Shown in pieces: positions 9,658 to 18,970 of a stretch of 64,000 bases of DNA (within the stretch, counting starts at the first letter, position 1; each line of letters opens with the position of its first letter). Location: the NCBI GenBank assembly GCA_963729625.1, contig CAVSOU010000010.1:1024001-1088000 (forward strand). Reading direction: 5' to 3'. A program made the position numbers and the translations under genes. Below the pieces are notes generated by a model. The model did no database searches and was not told the origin of the DNA. It saw nothing but the letters and a program-made list of their open reading frames with translations. This stretch comes from an uncultured bacterium (GTDB lineage Bacteria > Chloroflexota > UBA5177 > JANWHV01).

Positions 9658-9755
9658 GGGCCAGTAGTGCAACGCGGACTTTCTCCTGGGGTGAGCCCAC
9701 GCTGTGTCGCCAGCTATGAAACCGTTCGCAACCACGTGCAAAGAATGGGGTAGCC

Positions 9756-10583
9756 ATGGAAAGCAGAAACTCCGTAAACCCTAGGGATGTGCGGGCCTAT
9801 GACACGCAAAGGCTGCGCGAGGCATTCCTGATTCAAGGTCTTTTCGCAAAGGGCGAGACCACGATGGTCTACAGCCATGACGACAGGATCATAGTGGGCG
9901 CTGTCTGCCCCACATCCCCGGTAGTGCTCGAAGCCGGCGAGGCGATACGAGCCGACTACTTCCTCGAGAGACGGGAGATGGGGATCATCAATATCGGGGA
10001 CAAGGGTGCGGTTACCGTGGACGGCGTACGGCACACGCTGAACCAGAAGGATGGCCTGTTCATCGGTAAGGGTTCGAAGCTCATCGAGTTCTCGAGCCAC
10101 GATCCGAACAGTCCTGCCAAGTTCTACTTCAACAGCGCACCCGCACACGCAACCTATCCGACGGCAAGAATAGAGATCGGCCAGGCCGAGTCTGAAAAGC
10201 TCGGGTCCCTTGAGGGCGCGAATCAACGCACGATCTACAGGTACATCCATTTGCGCGGTGTCAGAAGCTGCCAGCTGGTCATGGGCATGACCATTCTCGA
10301 GCCGGGCAGCGTGTGGAACACCATGCCATGTCACACGCATGACCGCAGGATGGAGGCGTATTTGTATTTTGGCATGCCGGAAGACGGCGTGGTGTTTCAC
10401 TACATGGGTGAGCCGCCGGAGACAAGGCACATCGTCGTCAGGAACGAAGAAGCGGTCATATCGCCAAGTTGGTCGATTCATTCCGGTTGCGGCACGAAAA
10501 ACTATACGTTCATATGGGGCATGGTTGGCGAGAACCAGGTGTTTGCCGATCAGGATTTCGTGCCGATGAAGGATCTACGGTAG
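9756..10583 (+). CDS. kduI: 5-dehydro-4-deoxy-D-glucuronate isomerase
   Basis: YFLERREMGIINIG, WNTMPCHTHDRRME, SPSWSIHSG motifs. Confidence 0.97.
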   Translation: MESRNSVNPRDVRAYDTQRLREAFLIQGLFAKGETTMVYSHDDRIIVGAVCPTSPVVLEAGEAIRADYFLERREMGIINIGDKGAVTVDGVRHTLNQKDGLFIGKGSKLIEFSSHDPNSPAKFYFNSAPAHATYPTARIEIGQAESEKLGSLEGANQRTIYRYIHLRGVRSCQLVMGMTILEPGSVWNTMPCHTHDRRMEAYLYFGMPEDGVVFHYMGEPPETRHIVVRNEEAVISPSWSIHSGCGTKNYTFIWGMVGENQVFADQDFVPMKDLR

Positions 10584-10675
10584 GCCCTTCACATCCGAAG
10601 GCTTTCCCGGCCTCGGCAACCGCCTGCCAGCTGAAGTGAGCGACTCTCACACCATGGCTGCCAAGTTGGCCTCGG

Positions 10676-12205
10676 CTACGCCCACCGCCGGAACGTGCCT
10701 GCCAGTTCCTCCTGCCAAAGCCTATAGGCGTGAGAGAGGGTGGCGTAGATCGCCGTGACCTCGGTCCGCGGTCTGGCCGGCTCTCCCTGACGCTCGGACG
10801 TTGCGCTCGCCACGGCCGCTAGATCGCCGAAAAGGCCAACTGCATGGCCGGCAATCAGTGCGCTGCCCCAGGTGGCGAATTCAGCGCGCTTGAGTCGTTG
10901 ATACGGCACACCAAGCACGTCGGCCTTGATCTGATTCCACACATTGCTGCGTGCGCCGCCACCGATCACGCGAGCCTCGACGAGACTGAGGTCCGGTATC
11001 AGGCCGCGCAGGATGCTCAGGTAGATACTATACTCAAACGCCACGCTCTCTAGAAGCGCGCGGGTGAAGTAGTCTCGAGTGTGCCCCCAAGAGAACCCGG
11101 CCCACGCGCCGCGCATGGCCGGCTCCGCCGGGCAGATCCGCCCGCCCAGGTGGGGGGAGAAGCGGAGCCCATCGGCTCCAGGCGGTATCGCCGCCGCTCC
11201 GGCGATCATCCGGTCGTAAAGGCTGTCGCCCGCGTCCGTTCCGTCATGAGCATAGAGCTGATCGCGAAGCCAATGCAGCGCAAGCCCGCCACCGCCGACA
11301 TAGGCCAACGGATGCCAGAGTCCGGGCAAGACAGACCGCATGCACAGAAGCGTGCGGTGCTCGACATCGGCGACAAAGCGATCCGTGCACCCCGCCAGCA
11401 CGGCCGCGGTACCAGCCGTATCCAGCAACATGCCGGGCATCACCACGCCGGCGCCAAGGGCGCCCGCTGCCGTGTCTCCGGCGCCGGCGGCGATCGGCGT
11501 CCCCGGAGTGAGCCCGAAGTCACGGGACGACTGCTCCGTCACCTCCCCGACGAGGTCCCATGGTGTGACGATACGCGGTAGCTTGTCCCGATCGACGCCC
11601 AGCAGCCCAATGAGCTCATCCGACCACGTGCCCGCGCGTCCATCGCTCAGCGCGGAGAAGTGCAGGAACGTGTGATCGATAAAGGCCTCTTCGGCTTTGA
11701 GACCCGCCATTCTGCCGGCCACAAAGGCGGCGGGCATGAGAAACCTGGCGATCTTCCGGTACTGGTCAGGCCGCTCATTCCGCCACCACATCATCTTGGG
11801 ACCGTGATCGCACGTCGGCGGGCAGCCGGTAAGGCGCGTGATCACGTCGCCATGCTGGCGGTCCAGGGATTCGATGTAGGGTTGGCAGCGCATGTCCAGC
11901 CAGGAATCAAAGCCGGTCGCCGCCCGAAAGTGCTCGTCGATGGAGCCCAGGCCCGCCATCTGGCTGTCGCAAGCAATTGCTTTGACGTCGCGCGCATCGA
12001 TGCCGCTTTCGACGAGGCACTCGCGCACGGCTCTTGCCGCCGTCCGGTAGAAGTCCTCGCTGTCCTGCTCTACGACTCCGGGCTGCGGATGGTGGATCGG
12101 CACTCCGACGCCGGCTTCGGCCACGAGCGTACCGTCCTCACAGTAAAGTGCGGCCTTTGTCGCGCTCGTGCCCAGGTCGACGCCGACCAGGTAGCTGCGG
12201 CTCAT
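10676..12205 (-). CDS. FGGY-family carbohydrate kinase (xylulokinase-like)
   Basis: GVDLGTS, WLDMR, GAGDT, GGGARS, ADVLG motifs. Confidence 0.9.
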   Translation of the reverse strand: MSRSYLVGVDLGTSATKAALYCEDGTLVAEAGVGVPIHHPQPGVVEQDSEDFYRTAARAVRECLVESGIDARDVKAIACDSQMAGLGSIDEHFRAATGFDSWLDMRCQPYIESLDRQHGDVITRLTGCPPTCDHGPKMMWWRNERPDQYRKIARFLMPAAFVAGRMAGLKAEEAFIDHTFLHFSALSDGRAGTWSDELIGLLGVDRDKLPRIVTPWDLVGEVTEQSSRDFGLTPGTPIAAGAGDTAAGALGAGVVMPGMLLDTAGTAAVLAGCTDRFVADVEHRTLLCMRSVLPGLWHPLAYVGGGGLALHWLRDQLYAHDGTDAGDSLYDRMIAGAAAIPPGADGLRFSPHLGGRICPAEPAMRGAWAGFSWGHTRDYFTRALLESVAFEYSIYLSILRGLIPDLSLVEARVIGGGARSNVWNQIKADVLGVPYQRLKRAEFATWGSALIAGHAVGLFGDLAAVASATSERQGEPARPRTEVTAIYATLSHAYRLWQEELAGTFRRWA

Positions 12206-12206
12206 G

Positions 12207-13532
12207 CTAGATCTCGTCAATTCTGAGCTCAAAGACCCTGCAGACCAACCCCATGTTGACCAGGTTGTGGCCGGTCAACAGAAGCGAGTGGTGCGACGGG
12301 AGTCCTGCCATGAGCTTGTGACCGTCGCGCACGCGAATCACCGCGCCGTTCAGGCAATCGGATCCTGGATACTGTGCATAGCCGGTAAGCGCACCCTCCG
12401 CCACCGTCATGGCGTTGAAGCTGGAGTCCAGCTTGGCCAGAGTCAAGTCACCCACTGGCAAACGAGCGTCGATCGCGGTTGCGTTATTGTCGACGATTGC
12501 CAGGACCTTCTTCTTGAGACGCCATTCGGTCGAGAAGGACTGAGGGAGCACGCCGAGGTAGCCGCAGTGGGCGGCCAGCACATGGTTGTCCGGCTCGTCG
12601 ACCAGCGGGAAGTGAGGAATACGCTCATGCTTGAGGGCCGACTGACCCATCAGAAACGGGTAAAGGTTGGTCATCATTATCGGCACGCCGAGTGACCGGT
12701 CGAGAATGTGCTTCGTCAGCATGGAGACGGTATCGCCCTCACATCCCCAGATCAGGTTGCGCTCCTCGTAGAGCATGTTCCAGGCCAGGCATGGAGTCGT
12801 GTCGGAGAAGTGCGATTCGTTGAGGCAGTTGATGCCGACCGCCTGAATGCTGGGATCCAGGTCGAGCTCTCGTCGCACGGCAATATAGAGCTTGAGCGCG
12901 CTCAGCACTGATTGCCTGGGCATTCGCGCGATCGGCAGTTTGGACTTCCAGTGCGACCAGACTTCCTCGGCTTCACGGTCGTCAACGGCCTGCGCTGCTG
13001 CACCGAGCGCCTGGAAGCTCTTCTTGACGACGGTGACCCCGAACTTCTCGTGCATGCGCTGGGCACATTCGTCTTCCCACCAATAGAAGCGCTTGAAAAT
13101 ACTGGGCTGAAAGCCTGCCTCGCCTGGTTTGTCCTGAAACGCCAGGAACTTGGCCTGATGCAGTTCACGTTTCGCGACCAGTGCCCGACACACGATCTGT
13201 GCTTGCTCCAGGTTGTAGGGCGCGATGGTATCGACTCCTTCGGTCCTCAGGTAGCTCGCGATCTCCCAGTCCCACATTGCCATGGTGCCGAACTCGGATG
13301 TCATAATCAGGATGGGCAGGTCGAGCGCCTTGAAATGAGCCAGCTGACGATATGCGTCGCCGAGCATTTGGGGAAATACCACGGCGTCCACAACGGGAAT
13401 GGCGTCGCCAAGCGCGACGGGCTCGAGGATCTCGGCCTCTTCGCGAAAGAGAACCCTCAGACGCTTGACCTGGGCAGCGAATTCGTCGTCCCACTCGGGC
13501 CTGAGATGGAGCGGAACCAGGCGCGCTTTCAT
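12207..13532 (-). CDS. Divergent L-fucose/L-arabinose isomerase-like protein
   Basis: INCL, PCLA, CEGD, AHCG and C-terminal SHH motifs resemble FucI/AraA metal ligands. Confidence 0.65.
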   Translation of the reverse strand: MKARLVPLHLRPEWDDEFAAQVKRLRVLFREEAEILEPVALGDAIPVVDAVVFPQMLGDAYRQLAHFKALDLPILIMTSEFGTMAMWDWEIASYLRTEGVDTIAPYNLEQAQIVCRALVAKRELHQAKFLAFQDKPGEAGFQPSIFKRFYWWEDECAQRMHEKFGVTVVKKSFQALGAAAQAVDDREAEEVWSHWKSKLPIARMPRQSVLSALKLYIAVRRELDLDPSIQAVGINCLNESHFSDTTPCLAWNMLYEERNLIWGCEGDTVSMLTKHILDRSLGVPIMMTNLYPFLMGQSALKHERIPHFPLVDEPDNHVLAAHCGYLGVLPQSFSTEWRLKKKVLAIVDNNATAIDARLPVGDLTLAKLDSSFNAMTVAEGALTGYAQYPGSDCLNGAVIRVRDGHKLMAGLPSHHSLLLTGHNLVNMGLVCRVFELRIDEI

Positions 13533-13624
13533 CGTGTTGCATCTCCCTCGACAGCTTGCGCACGTTGCGATTACCGAATTGTACTACTACACGCCGCGGT
13601 CGTTCCGAGCTACCCTCATGTACC

Positions 13625-13638
13625 CCTGTAATTACAGC
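13625..13638. promoter_or_regulatory. GntR-type operator 4 (CCTGTAATTACAGC)
   Basis: 13/14 palindrome match; 17 nt downstream of the minus-strand -10. Confidence 0.85.
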
Positions 13639-13655
13639 CTCGCCAGGTCGCCGGT

Positions 13656-13684
13656 ACGATAGCACAGGGCCACCCCATTGTCAA
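13656..13684 (-). promoter_or_regulatory. Sigma70-type promoter of the isomerase-like/kinase operon
   Basis: TTGACA (13684-13679), 17 bp, TGC-TATCGT. Confidence 0.75.
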
Positions 13685-13708
13685 CACATCATGGTCGAAG
13701 ACCAGCCC

Positions 13709-13738
13709 TTGACAGTGCTGCTACCCCTGGACTAGTAT
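13709..13738 (+). promoter_or_regulatory. Sigma70-type promoter of the Zn-dehydrogenase operon
   Basis: TTGACA, 18 bp, TAGTAT. Confidence 0.65.
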
Positions 13739-13749
13739 CATTCCGACTG

Positions 13750-13763
13750 CATGTCATTACCGG
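13750..13763. promoter_or_regulatory. GntR-type operator 5 (CATGTCATTACCGG)
   Basis: Core TGTCATTAC conserved; just downstream of the promoter. Confidence 0.7.
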
Positions 13764-13892
13764 ATTACAACCCACGTCTTGCGGAGGCCACGAGGAGGAT
13801 TCGGTGCTCCCCACGCTCGAGCCACTGTGTCGGCGCGACGCCGCGGGCGTGTTCCGGCCGGCCCAAGACGGCCGAATGAAGGAGGCAACGCT

Positions 13893-14936
13893 ATGAAGGC
13901 TGTCGCTGTGCTGGAGCCAGGCAAGGTCGCGCTAGTAGACATTCCCGTGCCGAAGCCCAGTCCGTACGAGGCTCTGGTCAAAAGCGAGGCGGCATTTGTC
14001 TGCAACGCGACGGACCGCAAGATCGTCCAGGGGCACGCCGCCTCGCTCGGCCTCGGCCCTGATTCCTATCCCCTCATACTCGGCCACGAGACGGTCGGTA
14101 CAGTTGTCGAGGTTGGTGCCAAGGTCACCTCGTTCAAGGTGGGCGATCGCATCCTCGGGGGGCTCTTCTTTTCGCCGCAGGGCTACGGTTCGGGCTGGGG
14201 AGGGGATTCCGAGTACGTCCTCGCTGCCGACCATACGGCGATGGCGGCCGACGGGGTGGCAGACGAAGAGCATGGCTGGAACGACGTCTTCAAGATCATG
14301 AAGAAGGTCCCAGAGGATATCCCGGTCGAAGCCGCAGGCCTTCTTGCAACCTGGCGCGAGGTGTACGCCGGCTTCTCCGATTTTAGCCTCAAGCCGAACG
14401 ACGACATTCTCATATTCGGCGCTGGACCAGTAGGCCTGTCCTTTTGCCGCTTCGCCAAGCTACTCGGGCTCGGGTGGGTTGGTGTCGTGGATCCGCTTCC
14501 ATTCAAGCGCGAGAAAGCCCTTGCTCTTGGCGCGGACGTCGTCTTTGCTCCCGGGGATGCAGCGATCGCCAGTCTTGAGAAGGCGCGTGGAAAGCCCTTG
14601 GATGCCGTTATCGACGCGGTGGGCTCGGAGCAGGTCATCAACGCCGGCCTACCACTGATCAAGCTTGCGGGTTCGGTCTGCGTCTATGGCGTCTTGCCGG
14701 GCGACAGCCTTGCTCTTGACAAGGCAGTCGCCCCAAAGAACTTCAATGTTCTCGTGCATCAATGGCCGACCCGTGACGCCGAGGCGGCCGCTCAGGAGCC
14801 GCTGGTGGAATGGATCAGGTCGGGGATGATCAGACACCAGGATTTCCAGACAGGCGAATTCGCACTGTCGGAAATCGAAGCGGCGCTGGCGGCAACAGCG
14901 CTCCCGACCTCGATCAAGACCATGTTGCGCTTCTGA
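13893..14936 (+). CDS. Zinc-binding (MDR) dehydrogenase
   Basis: AGGAGG RBS; CNATD, GHE, GAGPVG; lacks the 4-Cys structural Zn loop. Confidence 0.9.
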   Translation: MKAVAVLEPGKVALVDIPVPKPSPYEALVKSEAAFVCNATDRKIVQGHAASLGLGPDSYPLILGHETVGTVVEVGAKVTSFKVGDRILGGLFFSPQGYGSGWGGDSEYVLAADHTAMAADGVADEEHGWNDVFKIMKKVPEDIPVEAAGLLATWREVYAGFSDFSLKPNDDILIFGAGPVGLSFCRFAKLLGLGWVGVVDPLPFKREKALALGADVVFAPGDAAIASLEKARGKPLDAVIDAVGSEQVINAGLPLIKLAGSVCVYGVLPGDSLALDKAVAPKNFNVLVHQWPTRDAEAAAQEPLVEWIRSGMIRHQDFQTGEFALSEIEAALAATALPTSIKTMLRF

Positions 14937-15022
14937 CGGGCCCTGCCCCAACAGTGCTATCTTGCTTTTGAGCCGCGATCTCCCCAGGCGGGGAGGCGAT
15001 CCAGTAATGACGAGGTGATGAC

Positions 15023-16468
15023 ATGAAGAATGGTCGCGTGCGCGTCGGTCTGGCCGGCGCGATACATCCGAACATGCCCGGTGACGATGCCGCCTTGTAC
15101 GCACGAATGATAGCCGCTTTCGTCGAGATAGCCTGCGCGGAAGACTTCGACCTCTCGGTGTTCCAGAAGCCGCTCAGGAGCGAGGCCGACGGAGAGGAGG
15201 CGAGGGCCTTCATGGATGGCGAAGGTGCGGACTTCGTGCTGCTCTTCAACGCAAGCCTGCCCTACGGCCGCGTGATACTTCCCCTCGCCAGGGTACGAGG
15301 CCACATTGGCCTGTGGTCGGTGCCCGAGCCTACCACCTCTGGGGTGCTGCAGCTCAACTCGTTCTGCGGGACGAACATGCTCGGTGCGATCATCGCCAAC
15401 TACCTGCGCGAGTATGACATCCCCTTCAAGTGGTTCTATGGCATGCCCGACGAACCGAGATTCCGCGAGCGGCTCTCGGTAACCCTCGCCGCAATGCGAG
15501 CGATGAAGACGCTACGGACCGCGAGGATCGCGCAGATCGGCGGCCTTGCCGATGGCTTCGAAGACCTCTACATCGACGAGCGCGTCCTGGAGAAGAAATT
15601 CGGGACTCGATTGCAGACCCGGCACACGGTTGAGGAGATCGTGGCGCGAGCCGAAAAGCTTGACGCTGCCGCGGTCAAGGCGGAGATCGGGAGAATCGGT
15701 AAGGAAGGCAGCCTCGACCTTCGTGTCGTCAACCCGGGACACGCGGAAAAGTCGGCGAGAGTCTACCTTGCGCTCAAGGAATTCGCGCAGGAGAACGACT
15801 ACGACTCTCTTGCTCTTTCGTGTTGGGCCCGTTTCCAGAAGGTCTACGGCGTGGCGGTCTGCGCCGCCATGAGCCGGCTCAACGAGGAAGGGATTGCCAC
15901 GCCGTGTGAGGCCGACGTAACGAGCGCGGTGATGATGCTCGCGCTCAACGCGATGAACGGCAAGAAAGCCGCACTAAGCGACCTCGTGGCCTTTGACGAA
16001 TCGGACCAGAGCCTGAGCCTGTGGCACTGCGGAGTGGCTCCGGCGAGCTGGGCCGATTCAAGCGGTGTCCGCTGGGAGAATCACTTCAACATTGGGCACT
16101 ACGAGGGCTGCACATGGTGCGGAGACGGGCTGGTAGCCGATATGAGGTTCAAAGCCGGGCCAGTCACCGTCGCCACACTTGACAACGACTTCGACAACAT
16201 GCTCGTCCTTTCGGGCCAGATCGCGGCTGGCAAGCACGGATACGCCGGCTCTGGTGGGTGGGTGAAGGACCTCCGATTGAACGGAGAATGCGTGAGCATC
16301 GAGGATCTGATGAACACGATCGTCGTGGGAAGAGTGAACCACCACTACCCGAGCGCGTTCGGCGACCTTACAAACGAGCTCAACGAGTTTGCGGCATGGA
16401 AGGGGATCAGCCTCGTCGAGCGAGTGCCGTACAAGCCCTATGTGCAGGTGTCGAAGCGATCGAAGTGA
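15023..16468 (+). CDS. L-fucose/L-arabinose isomerase family protein
   Basis: LNSFCG, CW, CEAD, WHCG, NHH motifs. Confidence 0.85.
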   Translation: MKNGRVRVGLAGAIHPNMPGDDAALYARMIAAFVEIACAEDFDLSVFQKPLRSEADGEEARAFMDGEGADFVLLFNASLPYGRVILPLARVRGHIGLWSVPEPTTSGVLQLNSFCGTNMLGAIIANYLREYDIPFKWFYGMPDEPRFRERLSVTLAAMRAMKTLRTARIAQIGGLADGFEDLYIDERVLEKKFGTRLQTRHTVEEIVARAEKLDAAAVKAEIGRIGKEGSLDLRVVNPGHAEKSARVYLALKEFAQENDYDSLALSCWARFQKVYGVAVCAAMSRLNEEGIATPCEADVTSAVMMLALNAMNGKKAALSDLVAFDESDQSLSLWHCGVAPASWADSSGVRWENHFNIGHYEGCTWCGDGLVADMRFKAGPVTVATLDNDFDNMLVLSGQIAAGKHGYAGSGGWVKDLRLNGECVSIEDLMNTIVVGRVNHHYPSAFGDLTNELNEFAAWKGISLVERVPYKPYVQVSKRSK

Positions 16469-16485
16469 CCGAAACGGCAACGCCA

Positions 16486-16655
16486 GAGACTGTCTGCCTC
16501 GCAGCCGCTTGGGGCCAGGTGTCGAGTCCGACTCGGAGGTCCGCGCGGCGATGCCGGCCACGCCGGCGGTTGCCGCGCACGTCCTCCGAAGAGATCGACC
16601 GAACAACCTGCCGGTGGACGCGATGCCATCGTCGGTGACAAGGGACGGCAGTCTC
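16486..16655. ncRNA. Candidate 170-nt rod-like structured RNA
   Basis: Six nested complementary segments: GAGACTGTC/GGCAGTCTC, CAGGT/ACCTG, GTCGA/TCGAC, TCGGAGG/CCTCCGA, GCGCGGCGAT/GTTGCCGCGC, GCCGGC/GCCGGC. Confidence 0.3.
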
Positions 16656-16713
16656 GGACTGACCAGCCTTTGCCGGGCGATTTGAGAGCGTGCCGCGGGC
16701 GTCTCAGGAAGCG

Positions 16714-16742
16714 TTGACATGCGTCTAACGCCGTGCTACCAT
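16714..16742 (+). promoter_or_regulatory. Sigma70-type promoter of the Gfo/Idh/MocA operon
   Basis: TTGACA, 17 bp, TGC-TACCAT. Confidence 0.75.
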
Positions 16743-16766
16743 ACGGCCGTTATCGGGGTAAGTATT

Positions 16767-16780
16767 CTTGTAATTACAGG
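16767..16780. promoter_or_regulatory. GntR-type operator 6 (CTTGTAATTACAGG)
   Basis: 13/14 palindrome match downstream of the promoter. Confidence 0.85.
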
Positions 16781-16889
16781 GTGCTTGAATGGCGGGACGC
16801 TACTGTTAGAATCCCGCTGGCTCACATGAAGGTCGAAAGTCAACGGCTACGCGCAATCTCGTTGCGCGCGGCCAGGAGAAAGAGCAGGC

Positions 16890-17924
16890 ATGAAGTTACT
16901 CAGAATCGCCATGGTCGGTGCGGGGCGCGCAGGCACCGTGCACGCGGAGAACCTTGTTGAGAGCACGCCACGTGCCGTCGTGGTTGCCGTGGTCGATGAG
17001 AATCGAGCCGCCGCGGACAAGATGGCATCGCAAACGGGTACTGACTCAATACACGCGTCACTGGCAGATGCGCTGGAGCGGACCGAGTTCGACGCTGTGG
17101 TCATTACAGCACCGACGTTCGTCCACCGAAGCCTCGTCGAACAAGCCGCGGCGGCAGGAAAGCACATATTCTGTGAGAAACCGATGGCGCTGAACGTTGC
17201 GGATTGTGACGCGATGATCGATGCGGCTAACCGAGCCAACGTTGTGCTTCAGATCGGATTCATGCGCCGATTCCAACCTGAATTCGTCGATGCCAAGCGA
17301 CGGATTGACGAGGGCGCGATCGGCGAGCCCATGCTTGTCAAGTCATTGACCCGTGGGCCCGGTCTCCCGCCGGCCTGGGCGCGGGATCTGCGGACATCGA
17401 ACGGCATGCTGGCGGAAGTCAATAGCCACGATTTCGACTGCGTTCGGTGGCTGGTCGGCTCGCCCATCGAGCGCGTCTATACAGAAGTGACAAACCGCAA
17501 GGGCCCTGAACGGGGCGTCGACGACCCGAGCTTCTATGACAATGCGGTGGTTACCCTGCGCTTTGCCAACGGCGCGATCGGCACAATCGACGGCACGTGC
17601 CCGGCGGACTACGGCTACGATGCACGCGTCGAGGTGCTTGGTTCGAAGGGACTGCTCATTATCGGGTCGGTCCAGGAGAGAGCAGTTCTCGAGATACGGG
17701 ACCGTGAAATCGGCGGGGTTACGCCCACCTATCGCACCTGGCCGGAACGTTTTCGCGAGGGCTACCGGGCCGAGATGCGCGCCTTCGTGTCCGCCGCGCT
17801 TGACGGGATTCCTCCACTGGTTAGCGGTGACGATGGGCGACATGCCGTCCGTGCCGTGGTGGCCGCAAACCAGTCGTGGCAGGAGCAGAGACCGATTACT
17901 CTGACACAGGAGGCGGGCTCGTGA
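16890..17924 (+). CDS. Gfo/Idh/MocA oxidoreductase (inositol 2-dehydrogenase-like)
   Basis: GAGRAG, CEKP, GFMRRF, HDFD, YGYD motifs. Confidence 0.92.
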   Translation: MKLLRIAMVGAGRAGTVHAENLVESTPRAVVVAVVDENRAAADKMASQTGTDSIHASLADALERTEFDAVVITAPTFVHRSLVEQAAAAGKHIFCEKPMALNVADCDAMIDAANRANVVLQIGFMRRFQPEFVDAKRRIDEGAIGEPMLVKSLTRGPGLPPAWARDLRTSNGMLAEVNSHDFDCVRWLVGSPIERVYTEVTNRKGPERGVDDPSFYDNAVVTLRFANGAIGTIDGTCPADYGYDARVEVLGSKGLLIIGSVQERAVLEIRDREIGGVTPTYRTWPERFREGYRAEMRAFVSAALDGIPPLVSGDDGRHAVRAVVAANQSWQEQRPITLTQEAGS

Positions 17925-18970
17925 AAGCGGTCGTCTATCACGGGCCTGGCGATTTGCGCTTGGAGGAGCGGCCCCGGCCCGATCCAGGACCAGGGGAGGC
18001 GTTATTGCAGATCAAGGCGTGCGGCATCTGTGGCACTGACTTGCGTATCGCTGCCGGCGTGCATAGGGCGTATCCTGCAGGTGTAATGCGGGTGCCCGGC
18101 CACGAGATTGCCGGAGTCGTGGCAGCGCGAGGCGCGGGTGTGAATCTGACCGAAGGAGTGCCGGTCTTTGTCGCGCCGAATGTCGGGTGCGGGCGCTGCG
18201 CATCATGTCGAGCCGGTCGGGTCAATCTGTGCTCGACGCCGGCGGCGCTTGGCATCACCCTGGACGGCGGGTTCGCGGAATACGTCCTGCTTCGCGCCGA
18301 CTTGATTGCACAGGGTAATCTCCTGGCAGCGCCGGACACGCGAGATTTTGGCGCTCTCGCCCTCGTGGAGCCGCTCGCGTGCGTGCTGCGCGGATCGCGC
18401 GCGTGCGAAATCGCCGCGGGTCAGCTCGTGCTCATAAGTGGCGCCGGACCGATCGGGCTGCTCCATTTGCGCGTGGCGAAGTTGCGCGCCCCACGCGCCG
18501 TCGTGGTGAGCGAGCCGAACGCGCGGCGACGGACGGAGGCCACGAGGTGGGGAGCCGACTATGTCGTAGACCCCACAACCGGGGACCTGCCTGGGCTCAT
18601 CGCCGATATCTCCAATGGCGCTGGAGCAGATGCCATCGTCGTCGCGGTGCCTGCGCCGGAGGCCCAGAAAGCAGCGATCGAGCTTGCCGCCGTAGGAGGC
18701 CATGTCAACTTCTTCGGTGGGCTGCCGCGGGATCGCTCGCAGGTTACAATCGATGCGAATCTCATTCACTACAGGGAGCTAACCGTTACCGGCACGACGG
18801 CAAACACTACGCAAGACTGCGTCGAGGCTCTGGAGCTTGTTGCGACGGGGCAGATCGATCTGGAGCCGCTGATCAGCGCTCGCTACCCGTTGTCAGATTT
18901 TCAAGATGCGCTCGAAGCAGCCGGGTCCGGTCGCAGCCTGAAGGTCGTGTTCGAGCCGGAGCGTGCATGA
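17921..18970 (+). CDS. Zinc-dependent polyol dehydrogenase (L-iditol 2-dehydrogenase-like)
   Basis: CGTD, GHE, CGRCASC..C, EPLAC, GAGPIG. Confidence 0.92.
   Translation: MKAVVYHGPGDLRLEERPRPDPGPGEALLQIKACGICGTDLRIAAGVHRAYPAGVMRVPGHEIAGVVAARGAGVNLTEGVPVFVAPNVGCGRCASCRAGRVNLCSTPAALGITLDGGFAEYVLLRADLIAQGNLLAAPDTRDFGALALVEPLACVLRGSRACEIAAGQLVLISGAGPIGLLHLRVAKLRAPRAVVVSEPNARRRTEATRWGADYVVDPTTGDLPGLIADISNGAGADAIVVAVPAPEAQKAAIELAAVGGHVNFFGGLPRDRSQVTIDANLIHYRELTVTGTTANTTQDCVEALELVATGQIDLEPLISARYPLSDFQDALEAAGSGRSLKVVFEPERA

Noticed and set aside
9667-9753. Short frame reading GVSPRCVASYETVRNHVQR, reminiscent of an HTH fragment
   Set aside because: Only about 28 codons and no RBS; the similarity could be chance
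15001-15014. CCAGTAATGACGAG upstream of the isomerase, a possible eighth operator
   Set aside because: Breaks both TGT and ACA of the core; only a weak internal promoter nearby
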